Of a stretch of 64,000 nt of DNA, positions 1 through 13,877 are shown piece after piece (the first letter of the stretch is position 1; every line of letters starts with the position of its first letter). The stretch is from the NCBI GenBank assembly GCA_951406725.2, contig OX597835.1, forward strand, positions 29,760,001-29,824,000. Reading direction: 5' to 3'. The DNA is from Octopus vulgaris (Eukaryota). Below the pieces are notes generated by a model that was not told the origin of the DNA, searched no databases, and saw only the letters and a program-made list of their open reading frames with translations. The translations under genes and the position numbers were made by a program.

Positions 1-2326
1 ACCAGACTTGTTTGGAGGCGTTTTGGCAGCTGTCTACTGCAACTGGCAGCAAAACGGGAGTATTCCTGCTTTTGTAAAGCGAGGAGCAGTGGCACTGATT
101 AAGAAAGACCCAAACAAGGGGGACGTCATAGATAATTTCAGGCCCATCACTCTGCTCAACGCAGATTTGAAAATTTTGGCCAAGGTGTTAGCCGAGAGGT
201 TGGCGCTTGTCATCAAGAAACTAATCGACAAGGCGCAAACATGCGCCGTGCCGGGTAGAAGTATTCATGACAACCTCCATCTGATGCGCTACATCATAGA
301 CAGGGTAGTTAAGAATCCTGGCATGGGTGGGGCGCTGATCAATTTGGATCAATCAAAAGCTTTCGATAGGGTAGACCAACACTACTTGGAGGCTGTCCTT
401 AAAGCGGCTGGTTTCGGTCCAGTTTTCCGCGGTTGGATCGCTGCCTTATACAGCGGCATCCGCTCAGTAGTTCGCGTAAATGGTCATCTATCCAGACCTT
501 TTAACATCATGCATTCGGTTCGTCAGGGATGCCCTCTCTCATCGCTGCTGTATGTATTGACTCTTGAGCCACTACTGCGGAAACTGGCGACGCTGAGGGG
601 CATCCCACGAGAGCTGGGATGCGGGAGGAGCGTGTCTGCATACGCGGATGACGTCACCGTCATAGTGTCGAGCTACCAGCACATCGAGCTGGTCGGCGAG
701 ACACTAAAAGAATACGAAGCGGTAACGGGAGCAAAAATTAACCGGGAAAAGTCAGTGGGCTTGCGGCTCGGCACCTGGATAAGCAGGCCCATGCCGTCCA
801 ACAGCGTCTCCATCGTGGGACGCTGGACGGACGGACCGGTTAAATTGCTCGGGGTCTGGTTCGGTCCGGACCTCCAAATGGAGAAGAACTGGGGCGAGAT
901 AACAACTAGGGTGGCTACTCTCACCCAGAAATGGGCTGAGAGAAAGCTATCCCTAAAAGGTCGAGCGGAGGTGGCGAACGCGTACATCGCATCCGTCATC
1001 GAGTATCGTCTGACCGTCGTGCCTTGTCCCGAGCCTACCATCACCAAACTGGAACGTATACTCTTTCGCTTCTTGTGGGAGGGAAACGTTCCGATGGTTA
1101 GGCGATCCATTTGCTGTCAACACCCGCTAAATGGAGGGCTGGGCATGCCGTGGTTGATGATGCGCAGACATGCGCTGAGACTGCGACATCTCCGGCGCTT
1201 CATAGACAACGGTGAACAGGTGTGGTCGCCTTTTGTGCGGCGCGCTTTCCCGCAGCTCGTCTCCTTGGACGAACTACAGTCATGGATCAAGCAGAGACCG
1301 AGGCTAGGCGAATGGCACCGCGAGTGTCGCGTTGCTCTCAAGCAACTCTGCCGTCCGGGATCGAACTTGTGCGACTCCATCTCAACAAAGGCATTCTATA
1401 GAGGATTAGTGAAGGGGAGGTGCGACGACGAACTCGGGCAGAGTCTGGGCGTCGATGAGGAACACCTGACCCGCCTGTTCAGGACAACTTTCGAGCCGGG
1501 ACCTATGAACAATCACCAAAGATCCCTGGCCTGGCAGTGCTATCGAGAAGCATTACCTGTTCGGGATAAGCTCTACAGACACGGTCCCAGACACACTGGA
1601 CCGACTTGCCCGAGATGCGGTCAGAGCGACGAAACCGTTCTGCACGCACTCGTGCAATGTCCAACCATTTCAGACCTGTGGGCTTATGCCGAACGGCTGC
1701 TGTCACGTGTGGGACGAATCCGCCTATCGGCCGAGTCTATCGTGAGAATTGCTCCGCCCCCTTCCCTCAACCGGGAAGGCAAGGCAGTTTTCATCGTACT
1801 GGTGGCCATGGTGAAAGAATGTGTGTAGTGGACCCGAGCGAAAGGATTAGAGACAAACACTTACCTCTCTGGCCAATCGCTCATCAACTTTTTCAAGTAC
1901 CACTTGAAAAGGAAGGTGAGAATGGAGAGGGAAGTTTTGTCTCGCGAAAGATTCAAAAAAGATGGGTGAATGTTGCAAAGATGGTGCGTGCGAGTGACGA
2001 AACCATTTTGAGCATGATCCAGTAGATCGTAAAAAAGAAAGAGAAAGAGCATTTTGCTCTCATGTGGTTATTTCCTTCCTGAGTGAGGTTCCAGTGGTCT
2101 TTTCTGTAGGCTTTTCTTCCCACGGATGAACCTAATCTTGTTTTATCAATGTTTTTATCATTGTTTCTGTGATACGCGATTTCTTTTCTTTTTTTTCCTC
2201 CTCTCGATCCCTTTTGATCGCAATCTTACATTTCTTTTCTTTTTTTTTTTCCACCCTCGAAAAGAAAAGCTCTGCATTTGTATTTGTCCCCTCTGTATTC
2301 AGCCCTGTGTGGCTAATAAAAGAAAG
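1..2326 (+). mobile_element. L1/Tx1-clade non-LTR retrotransposon, 3' portion (ORF2 RT, C-terminal zinc knuckle, 3'UTR); runs off the window start
   Basis: ORF 8..1828 has RT motifs RPITLLNADLKILAKVLA, NLDQSKAFDRV, VRQGCPLS, YADD (641-652) and a CCHC motif CPRCGQSDETVLHALVQC. A T-rich 3'UTR follows with AATAAA at 2315-2320 and a short A-rich end abutting (ATCT)n. Confidence 0.92.
8..2025 (+). pseudogene. ORF2 reverse transcriptase of the Tx1-like LINE, disrupted near the C-terminus
   Basis: Open for 606 codons. TAG at 1826-1828 looks like a TGG>TAG change because the frame continues WTRAKGLETNTYLSGQSLINFFKYHLKRKVRMERE. An apparent 1-nt loss in the A-run near 1955-1960 shifts to RWVNVAKMVRASDETILSMIQ* ending at 2025. 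Confidence 0.8.
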
Positions 2327-2327
2327 T

Positions 2328-2337
2328 TATCTATCTG

Positions 2338-2416
<79 letters not shown>

Positions 2417-2541
2417 GTCTATCTATCCGTTTGTCTGTCTCTCTTCCTATCTACCTACCCATCTATGTATAGAACCGTTTATCTGTCTTTCTAGATGACT
2501 ACTTCTCTGTCTGTCCATTCAGACATCGATCCATTCTGCTA

Positions 2542-2618
<77 letters not shown>

Positions 2619-2692
2619 TTCTCTTTCTCGCTCACCCTCTCTCTCTTTCTCTTTCTCTCTCTCACTTTCTCTTCATTTCTCTCTTTCTTACT

Positions 2693-2739
<47 letters not shown>

Positions 2740-2773
2740 TACACAATATATATATATATATGTACATATACGC

Positions 2774-2805
<32 letters not shown>

Positions 2806-2850
2806 TCTCTCTCTTTCCCACACTCACACACATACACATACAAACATATA
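2328..2850. repeat. Compound microsatellite (ATCT)n/(CT)n/(AT)n/(CA)n
   Basis: Directly visible tandem units. Confidence 0.95.
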
Positions 2851-3391
2851 CCTACGTATATCTGTCTGCCTGTCTGCCTGTCTCTGTTTGCACATATCGT
2901 CGTCTGCAATCCATCTTCTCTCTAGGATTTTCCTCTTTCGCCAGTGTCTAAGTGTGTTCATGTTTATGTGTCTGTGAGTGCACCTCCGTGTGCGTGTGTG
3001 TCTGTGTCTGTGTGTGTGCGCGCACGCATGCTTGTATGTGTGTGTCTGTGTGTGTGTGTGCGTGCGAGTGTGTGTCCGTGCGTGCGTGTGTCGTCTGCTA
3101 TTTGTCAATTGTCGTCTGCTATTTGTCCATTGGGCGGCCATTGTAGAGGATCACTTCAACACACTTTGTTTATTTTCCAACAGCTGAAAAGATACGGCGT
3201 TTCTTGTTATGGCCGTCGTTGTTATTGTTGCTGTTGTTGCCGTACTTAATCTTGTTGTTGTTGTTGTTGTTGTTGTGCATATGATGTCATTGCAATTAAT
3301 GTTGTTCTTTTTGTACATGTTGTGCATATGCTGAGATTGTTGTTGTTGTTGTTGTTGTTGTTGTGGTGGTGGTGGTGTATCGTTTTGCTTT

Positions 3392-3478
3392 TTAATTTGA
3401 ACTCAGAACGTAACGGCAGACGGAATACCGCCAAGCATTTTTCCCGGCGTGTTAACAATTCAGTCAGTTTACCGCCTA
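3392..3478 (-). mobile_element. SINE family 1, tRNA-like head only
   Basis: aatttgaactcagaacgtaacggcagacggaatac...ccgcct matches the head of full copies such as 11742-11973. Confidence 0.8.
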
Positions 3479-4943
<1,465 letters not shown>

Positions 4944-4945
<2 letters not shown>

Positions 4946-5065
4946 TCCTTTCTACTAGAGGCACAAGGCCAGCAGTTTCAGGAGAGAAGTAAATCGATTC
5001 ATGGACCCCAGTACTCAACTGGTACTTATTTTAACAACTCTCGGTAAAATTTTGAACTCCGAACA
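4944..5065 (-). mobile_element. SINE family 1, 3' part with tail type B (ggccttgtgcctctagtagaaaggatt + (ATT)n)
   Basis: gaccccagtactcaactggtacttatt core shared with other copies. Confidence 0.75.
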
Positions 5066-5559
5066 TAGAGCCGGAAAAAAAAACTCACCAGTCTATCGTC
5101 CGACTTGCTAACCATAATGATAATAACAATGAATATATAAATAATAATTACAAGCAGCAGACATCTTGTAAATAACGAAATAATAATTAAATATTAAATA
5201 AACATTTTTAGAAACCATTATCAAGATGTGTCACATGGTTGGGTATTGATATATCACGTGACAGCGGTCAGTGGCGACGGTTGGTCAAGAAATCTGACCC
5301 TATTTGATCACTGGCTAAATTAGGGAGATGTTCTTTGTAGCAATAATCCCGATTAGAAATTATGCAGGATCAGCTAATCTTCTCCCTATTGGTGCTGCCA
5401 TCTGGTTGAGAGAAGAGGACGCGTGTCTGGCATTAGAGGGAGCAGCTGTCTTTTAGAAGGAACAGAAGGAAATTCCACTGGGTATATTCCATTGATGGAG
5501 GTGGCAGTGGCGGTGGCGTTGTCGGATGTATTACATGCTTATTAGACAGGGGGTGAATG

Positions 5560-5649
5560 TGTGTATGTATGTATGTATGTATGTATATATGTATGTATCT
5601 ATGTATGTATGTATGTATGTATGTACGTATGTATGTGCGTGTGTATGCA

Positions 5650-5708
<59 letters not shown>

Positions 5709-5726
5709 ATATATATATATATATAT

Positions 5727-5773
<47 letters not shown>

Positions 5774-5832
5774 CATACATACATACATACATACATACAT
5801 ACATACATACATACATACATAGACAGACAGAC

Positions 5833-5913
<81 letters not shown>

Positions 5914-5946
5914 TACATACACACGCACATACATACATACATACAT
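5560..5946. repeat. (ATGT)n/(ATCT)n/(AT)n/(AGAT)n/(ACAT)n compound microsatellite, roughly inverted-symmetric
   Basis: ATGT-ATCT-AT blocks are followed by their complements AGAT-ACAT. Confidence 0.9.
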
Positions 5947-6092
5947 AATCTTTTCTACTGGAAGCACAAAGCCTCAAATTTGGGGGAAAGGGATTAAGTC
6001 GATTACATCGACCACAGTGCGTAACTGGTACTTATTTAATCGAGCCCGAATAGATGAAAAGCCAAGACGATCTCGACGGAATTTGAACTCAG
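5947..6092 (-). mobile_element. SINE family 1 (tail B), 5'-truncated
   Basis: ttaagtcgattacatcgaccacagtgcgtaactggtacttatttaatcg...aatttgaactcag. Confidence 0.8.
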
Positions 6093-6389
6093 AATGGCCC
6101 AATGGCCCAGTAGTTAGGGCAGCGGACTTGCGGTTGTTGGATCGCGGTTTCGATTCCTAGACCGGGCGTTGTGAGTGTTTATTGAGCGAAAACACCTAAA
6201 GCCCCACGCGGCTCCGGTAGGGGATGGTGGTGATCCCTGCTGTACTCTTTCGCCACAACTTTCTCTCACTCTTTCTTCTGTTGGCCTGCTCGCTTAGCCA
6301 GCGGGGTGGCGTCATTTGGAGGCTAAAAACAATGCAAAGCGCATTGTGACCAGCGATGTGTAACAGCATGGTCGGTCACGGTGATCACG

Positions 6390-6394
<5 letters not shown>
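6093..6394 (+). mobile_element. SINE family 3 (tRNA-Arg-like head), tail type Y ending ggtcacggtgatcacggtga
   Basis: A box tggcccagtagttagg, B-box-like ggtttcgattcc, body gagcgaaaacacctaaagc...cacaactttctctcactcttt; same tail at 43456-43741. Confidence 0.85.
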
Positions 6395-6455
<61 letters not shown>

Positions 6456-6802
6456 TGTGTGTACGTTTGTATGTATGTATTCTTGCATATTCATGTATTT
6501 GTGTGTTCATGTTTGTATGTAGGTGTATTTGTGCGTGTACCTCTTTCTCCTTGTGTGTGCATGTTTGAGTGTGTCTATGTGTATTGGTTTGTGTGACTAT
6601 GTGCATGCGTCTGTTTTGTATGAATGTGTGTCTTCATATGTGTGCGTGTGTGTTTGTGAAGTTTGCGTGTGTGTGTATATGGTCATGTGTTTCAGTCTTC
6701 ATTTGTGTATGTATGTGTGCATGTTTGTGTGCTTATCTGTCTGTATTTCCTACGTACCTATCTATCTATTTATCTATCTGTTTACATACATATCTATCTA
6801 CC

Positions 6803-6871
<69 letters not shown>

Positions 6872-6876
6872 TATAT

Positions 6877-6928
<52 letters not shown>

Positions 6929-7029
6929 TAGGCTGTTACATAGACTCATATATATGAGTCTATATAACAGCCTACTAAGAACTCTACCTGTATATATATA
7001 AACTGTGGGTATTGGGGTATGACTACCTT

Positions 7030-7268
7030 CTACGTATATTTCCTATTTAGTACTGGGTATGTTACATTTATGAGGACGTACTCATGTGTTTGTCTGAGTG
7101 TTGGGTCCTTCGGATACTTGGATAAAATGCGAATGCCAAGATGATGCAGAGTGCTTCTCTGTTGGTCTTTGGCATGTTGGCAGAGTATGGAGGACTGTTT
7201 TTTGTCGTCATATTGTTTCAAATGTTTATTTAGTCTCTCCACAATGCTTCTAGATGTCTCACCATGTT
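7030..7268 (-). pseudogene. Penelope-like element GIY-YIG endonuclease C-terminal fragment
   Basis: HGETSRSIVERLNKH...SSILCQHAK...LRQTHEYVLI...PVLNRK fits the (YI)GETxRxxxxRxxEH...H...RxxxExxxI...PxLN pattern. Confidence 0.75.
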
Positions 7269-7466
7269 CTTGCACCTTCTATGCACCTTAAATTGTGGAC
7301 TACATTTCTAGTTCTACAATTAATGCCAGGGTTAATCTTACATACCATTATTAGTGTAGTTGGAATTCTCAAACAGGTACATCTTACATAGCTGTGATCT
7401 GATGGTGCTCCTTGACCTATGAACGATGTTAATGTTGAGTTTGACCCCCTTCACACACCACACACA

Positions 7467-7529
<63 letters not shown>

Positions 7530-7924
7530 GTATATATATGTATATATATGTATATGTATATGAATATGTATATGCATGTATATATATATAAATATGTATA
7601 TGAACATACACACATACGTACACATACACACATGCATGCATACATACATACATACATACATACATACATACATACATACATACGTGCGTATGTGTATACA
7701 CATGCACACTGACGTACACACATGCGCACAGACAAACAAGCAAAAAGAACGCAGCTCTGATAACGGACAGAGTCAACGACTATTGAAGAGATTGCAAGAC
7801 GCAACAAAAATTTTAGAAAAAATAAACAAGTAAATGAGTGGAAATCGAACCGGTGAGTGTGTTAAATAATTTAATATGTTTTACCTATGATATCATAATA
7901 TTTGTCAGGACTGTGAACTGACAG

Positions 7925-8640
7925 TATCGATAACATGCTGGGCAAAATGCATAACATTATTTCGTCTGTTTTTACGTTCTAAATTCAAATTCCGCCGAGG
8001 TCGATTTCCTTTTCATCTTTACGGGGTCGGTAAGCACCAGCTGAGTCCTGGGGCCGATGTAATCGACTTAACCCTCTTCCCCAAACTTACTGGCCTTGTG
8101 CCAAAATCGGAAACCAATATTTACCAAGACAGTGTGGTGGCAGAATCGTTAGCGTGTCGGCAAAACGCTTAGAGGCATTTCTTTCGATTCGTCACGTTCG
8201 GCGTTCAAATCCCAGCGAGGTCAAGTTTGGCTTTCATCCTTTCGGAGTCGATAAAATAAAATAAAGAATTAGTCAAGTGCTGGGATCGATCTAATCGATT
8301 TACCTCACTACACCTCAAAATTGATGGCCCTTTTCCAAAGTTAGAAAGGATATTACACTTGCGACCCTCCGCTCCAGCCACAATAATTCTTCGCAGGGTG
8401 CTCTTAATTGATTTTATCGTAACATTGAATATTGTTTCGAAATTTGGCACAAAGCCAGCAACCTTAAGAGGATGAAGAACAGTCGATTACATCGACTCCA
8501 GTACCTAACTGCTACTTAATTTCATCGGATCTGTAAGGACGAAAGGCAAAATTGTCCTCGGCGGTATTTGAACTCTGAACGAAAAGAGCACTGAGCATTT
8601 TGTCCGATGCGCTAACGATTCTGCCAGCTCGCTTCTAATG
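7925..8640. mobile_element. Cluster of three diverged family 1 SINEs (+ ~7925-8120, + ~8135-8356, - ~8430-8635)
   Basis: Repeated ttcaaattccgccgaggtcga...tttcatcctttcggggtcgataa core and gccttgtgccaaaa tail. Confidence 0.8.
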
Positions 8641-9141
8641 TTGGCACAAATAGGGTTTTAGTTGATTACATTTGACCGCAGTACTTGACTGCAACTGTAG
8701 CGAGACCTAGAATTGAAACCCCACAACAAACCCCAGACAGCATTTAAGTCAGATGACGTGTCCTGGTTATTGACCAATCAACTTGCTGGAATATCACTCC
8801 ATATTAGAGAATGTTTTATAGTATTCCAAGAGTTCCACGCTTTTGTAGTTATATAAACAAAATACGCATGAACAAATCAGACAGCGATACACTTTGGAAG
8901 CGGAAGTAACAAGCCCTTACTTCGATAAGTTTTCAGAACCGAGTTAAAAAGAAGGATTCAATTAGGATTAAATAAAAATGTGTAGCTGTGATTCGAAACC
9001 GAACTGCAAAGTAAACGGTCAGACATCACACCTGAACGACAATAGTCTCGCGTGAACGGTCCATTAAGCAACCAATCAATGTCAAGCTATCGCGTGATTC
9101 GATCTTCTTCAATCATCTTCTTGTATATATAAATATATATG

Positions 9142-9173
<32 letters not shown>

Positions 9174-9249
9174 AGTGTGTGTGTGTGTGTATACACACAC
9201 ACACACACACACTACACTAAAACAATCATACTCTCTTCCTTCATGGGAA

Positions 9250-9785
9250 CCACTCCTAGCATCTAATAATACCAGAGACCTATCTGAGCTGGAATGCTCA
9301 CATCAACAATAAAACTGATACAGCTCGTAAAATAAGCTCATGAATCCTATGAACCTTTCGGTCCAGAAAACAAAGTGTCATCATTCCTCTTTTCTCTTCC
9401 TTTATACGGCCTCACCTCGAATACTGCTGTCCGCTGTGGTCTCCCCACACAAAGCAAGAGATTTCGAAAATTAAATCACCCCAGAGGACATTGACTAAAA
9501 GAATTAAAGGAATGACTGATCTCGATTATTGGGATCGCCTTAAAACATTGAAAGTCTATTTTCTTCAGCGCTGCTGTGAGTAATGCATCATTTGCACGAT
9601 GTGGAGAATATACCACCAGCATTGGCCAAACGACCTCAACATTAGTTTTAGAATTTATCGAAAGCTAGGACCACAGGCCATACGTCCCCTACCCCATTCA
9701 GGATCACAACACATAGAAACACAGCAACACAATTCCTTTTCCTCAACAGGCCCTACCTTATTTAACATTGTCCCAAAGCAAATCT
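9250..9785 (+). pseudogene. CR1-like LINE ORF2 C-terminal fragment
   Basis: Translates to LSWNAHINNK...IRPHLEYCCPLWSPHTKQEISKIKSPQRTLTKRIKGMTDLDYWDRLKTLKVYFLQR...[12 protein letters not shown] with stops and frameshifts. Confidence 0.85.
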
Positions 9786-9794
9786 ATCAATCTT

Positions 9795-9878
<84 letters not shown>

Positions 9879-9891
9879 AATACACACACAC

Positions 9892-9951
<60 letters not shown>

Positions 9952-10079
9952 AGGCCAAAAGAATGCGAAGTAAATGCAAGTAAATCACAAGAAAACAAAT
10001 ATATGAATTAATATAGACTTACCTTGTATTCAATATTTCGGGGTTATGACTCCATTTTCAAGAAAAAAAAAAGATGGGG

Positions 10080-10139
<60 letters not shown>

Positions 10140-11302
10140 CTGTATATGTATGTATGGATGTGGACACACACGCACACATATATTATAATAACAACAATAA
10201 TCCGTGGATAGAGTTTATAAACATTTAAAGCATCACTACGCACGTTTCCAAAAGTCACATGATACTTAAGATCAAAGTCCGTATTTCTGGTATGATTACA
10301 CTGTAGTCTTCAGTATCCGTGGGCATTCGGTTGATCATCAACATTGATTTATTGGTTCAGGCGATATGAACATCCATCTCTGGTCCATAATCTAATGTTA
10401 CATCGCCCGAATAAGTGAATCAATTTTTTTTTTTCTAGTTTCAGCTCCGAACTGGGGCCATGCGCCGTTTTGCGCTACACTGTAATTACTAGGAACCTCC
10501 TCTAATATATGTGGCACTTGATGAAGAATGGAGTTTGATATAGCTACCCCCATTTGCACCTCTTGCCGTGAGGAAGGCTCATCTGGGACTCTCGACAGGA
10601 AGAGGTCCAGCTTTGATTTTAAAACCCATACGTCTACTTAGACGTAAACAAACCTACAATTGTGATGAATAACAGGAACCATACGATTTTGAAGCAAACT
10701 TCTAACCACACAACCGCGCTGTGCATATAGTTAATTAAATTTTGCAACGTATTGCACTAAATAGCTATTTTATGTTGTATATGCCCTATTGAAAATGGTG
10801 CGTATCTGACAAACATTCATGACTTACGAAATTTTAGTGTAGCAGGGGAAATAACTCTATAATATTTATAGATAGAGTTATCTCCCCGAAAATTATATTT
10901 ATATCGTGCTTTTTAAATATCCGATTGGAAAAGTAGAAAGGAAGACGCGTTTTAATCGTTGAAGTGTGGCCATGCTGGGGCACCGGGATTATGTGCTATT
11001 GTAGGAAAAGTTGACCCCCCCACCACTCCAGTGCTTATGCTTTCATATTTTCTGTTTTTAAAAAATTGGTACCTATTGAATCGCTGCACTGAGCCGCTCA
11101 GGTATGTTACGAAGACGTAAACAAACCAACACCGGTTCACCTGTGTGTGCATGTGTTAGTGTATGTGTTCGTGAGTGTGTGCGTGCGTATGTGTGTGCGG
11201 GGGTTGCCCATGCGTGCATGCATGCGCTTGTGAATGCGTGATTTTGTGTGTGTATACATGCGTGCGTGTGTGTGCGTGTGTATATATGCATGCGTGCGCG
11301 CA

Positions 11303-11973
11303 TTTATTTCTTTACTACTCACAAGGGGCTAAACACCGAGTGGAAAAACAAAGACAGACAAAGGGATTAAGTTGATTACATCGACCCCAGTGCGTAACTG
11401 GTACTTAATTTATCGACCCCGAAAAGATGATAGGCAAAGTGGACCTCGGCGGAATTTGAACTCCGAACGTAACGGCAGACGAAATACGGCTACGCATTTC
11501 GCCCGGCGAGCTAACGATTCTGCCATCTCACCGCCTTATGTGTGTGTGATATTTACGTATTTCTTTATTACCCACAAGGGGCTAAACACAGAGAGGACAA
11601 ACAAGGACAGACAAACGTATTAAGTCGGTTATATCGACCCCAGTGCATAACTGTTACTTAATTTATCGACCCTGAAAGGATGAAAGGCAAAGTCAACCTC
11701 GGCGGAATTTGAACTCAGAACGTAACGGCAGACGAAATACCTATTTCTTTACTACCCACAAGGCGCTAAACACAGAGAGGACAAACAAGGACAGACAAAC
11801 GTATTAAGTCGGTTATATCGACCTCAGTGCGTAACTGGTACTTAATTTATCGACCCCGAAATGATAAAAAGCAAAGTCGACCTCGGCGGAATTTGAACTC
11901 AGAACGTAATGGCATACGAAATACGGCTACGCCTTTCGTCGGCGTGCTAACGATTCTGCCAGCTCACCGCCTT
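11303..11973 (-). mobile_element. Three tandem family 1 SINEs with tail type A
   Basis: Copies ~11303-11537, ~11558-11740 (head truncated), ~11742-11973; head ggcggtgagctggcagaatcgttagc (A box) and gagttcaaattcc (B box). Confidence 0.9.
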
Positions 11974-12055
11974 ATGTGTGTGTGACATTTACCATTTACT
12001 AGCTCATACCTACAGCTACCATAGAATGAAAAATTTAAAGTGTAAACGAAATTTC

Positions 12056-12474
12056 GGATCTATTCTGTTTGAACGGCAGTTTTTTTCTAGCGGTGCCATA
12101 TGAAATTGGCACCCATAATTATGACCCTAGTATCGATCTATTGTATTTCAATCTGTTTTAGGGTTAGGGTTAGGGTTGGTGGAAGGGTATCTTTTTTTCT
12201 TCACAAATGTAAATAAACCCAATCTGTTTCTTAAACGAGGGACATATTCATACGGCACAGAATGTTTTCACCTCAATAGACGGTCATTGATTGGTTGAAA
12301 TTGCAGAAATTGAAGAAAAAAAACCAACAAATATCTTAAAAACTATAGAATTTTCTCAATAAAGCCAAGAGAAAAAGATGTTTTATAAACACATTCTACC
12401 AGTATACGAAGTTTAAAAGTGTTTAGTTACGTGGAAATTATTTTAAAAAACTGCCGCTCAAATCGAAAAGATCC
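12056..12474. mobile_element. MITE with ~28-bp TIRs starting GGATC and 8-bp TSD (Merlin-like)
   Basis: TIRs ggatctattctgtttgaacggcagtttt / aaaactgccgctcaaatcgaaaagatcc; TSD GAAATTTC at 12048-12055 and 12475-12482; second copy at 22255-22672. Confidence 0.9.
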
Positions 12475-12894
12475 GAAATTTCTCATTTCTTTTATTCCTA
12501 AAAAAAAATCCGTTTTGGTTTTTTTTCTCGTAAATCTTTCTTACAAATATTTTCCTTTGAGCTAAATTTAATATTATTATGCGTTAATTTCAACAGTCAC
12601 ACATGGGGGAAATCGATGTAATTTTCTTGATAGCTACGTATTGTATTGATCTTATCGATTTAAGCAACTAGGATCTGAGGACGTTGATAAGAAGAGTGGT
12701 ATATAAAACTAGTTAAATGCCAGGAACTATTATTTCTTCTTTAATTTTGTTTATTGCATCGATGCTTTTTAAAATATAAACTACACTATACATTTATCTC
12801 CCTTGAAACCAATTATATAGTTATTTCCCTTGAACTTAAGTTCAAAGGGAAATAATTTACTTTTTGTGTGTGTATTTTAGCTGTTTCAATATCT

Positions 12895-13120
12895 GGACAG
12901 TATCGTTAGCACGCCGGGCGAAATGCGTAGCCCTATTTCGTCTGCCGTTACGTTCTGAGTTCAAATTCCGCCGAAGTTGACTTTGCCTTTCATCCTTTCG
13001 GGGTCGATAACTTATGTACCAGTTACGCACTGGGGTCGATATAATCGACTTAATCCGTTTGTCTGTCCTTGTTTGTTCCCTCCCTGTTCAGCCCCTTGTG
13101 GGTAATAAAGAAATAAATAG
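12895..13120 (+). mobile_element. SINE family 1 with tail type A
   Basis: tcgttagcacgccgggcgaaatgcg...gagttcaaattcc...gccccttgtgggtaataaagaaat. Confidence 0.9.
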
Positions 13121-13653
13121 TTTGTAGAAGACGCTTGCCCTAGGCGCCATGCAGTGGGACCGAAACCAGAAACATGGCTGGGAAGTAAATCTCTAACCAC
13201 ACATCCACAGCTCTGCCTGGAAACAACTTTTATCAAGTATTGCCAGATTACTTTAAATATTACATAGTTTAATGCATCAAAGACACCTTTTATCCTGATT
13301 AAATACTGTGAAAATCAGAGGGGGTCATAAAGCAGTGTTTAATTCATGAATTTTTTGTTTTGCAAGGGAGAGAAATCTAATATTATTAGCGAGAGTTACC
13401 TCCCTAAAATTGTATTTTTATTGTTTTAATTTTTAGAAGTAAGGAATTACAACCGTGTTTCATGGTCTGCTACCACAACAGCTCCTTTATAGGATCCAGT
13501 TAGCTCAAGACATCATCAGGAGGAACCACGTCCGATTTCGGCCCCTACTCCTCTACCGTTTTGACGTGGCAGGGCCACCCCTTTTGGAGGTGTCTTCAGC
13601 TCTGGCGTTGGGTGCATGTCTTCTTCTTTCTTCTGTTCTCCGGCCTCTTCGAA

Positions 13654-13707
<54 letters not shown>

Positions 13708-13877
13708 TGTGTGTGTGTGTGTGTCTGTGTTTGTGTGTCCGTGTTTTTCCCCTCAGCATCGCTTTTTCTTGCGTCTGGAGAAAGTCATATTGTCTTGATG
13801 CCTTATGATCTAACACACTCATCGGTTCGATTTCCACTCGCTTTTCATTATCTATCTTTCTTTCTTTCTTTTTCTTT

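Noticed and set aside
12158-12175. Telomere or interstitial telomeric array
   Set aside because: Only three TTAGGG units, internal to a MITE present twice
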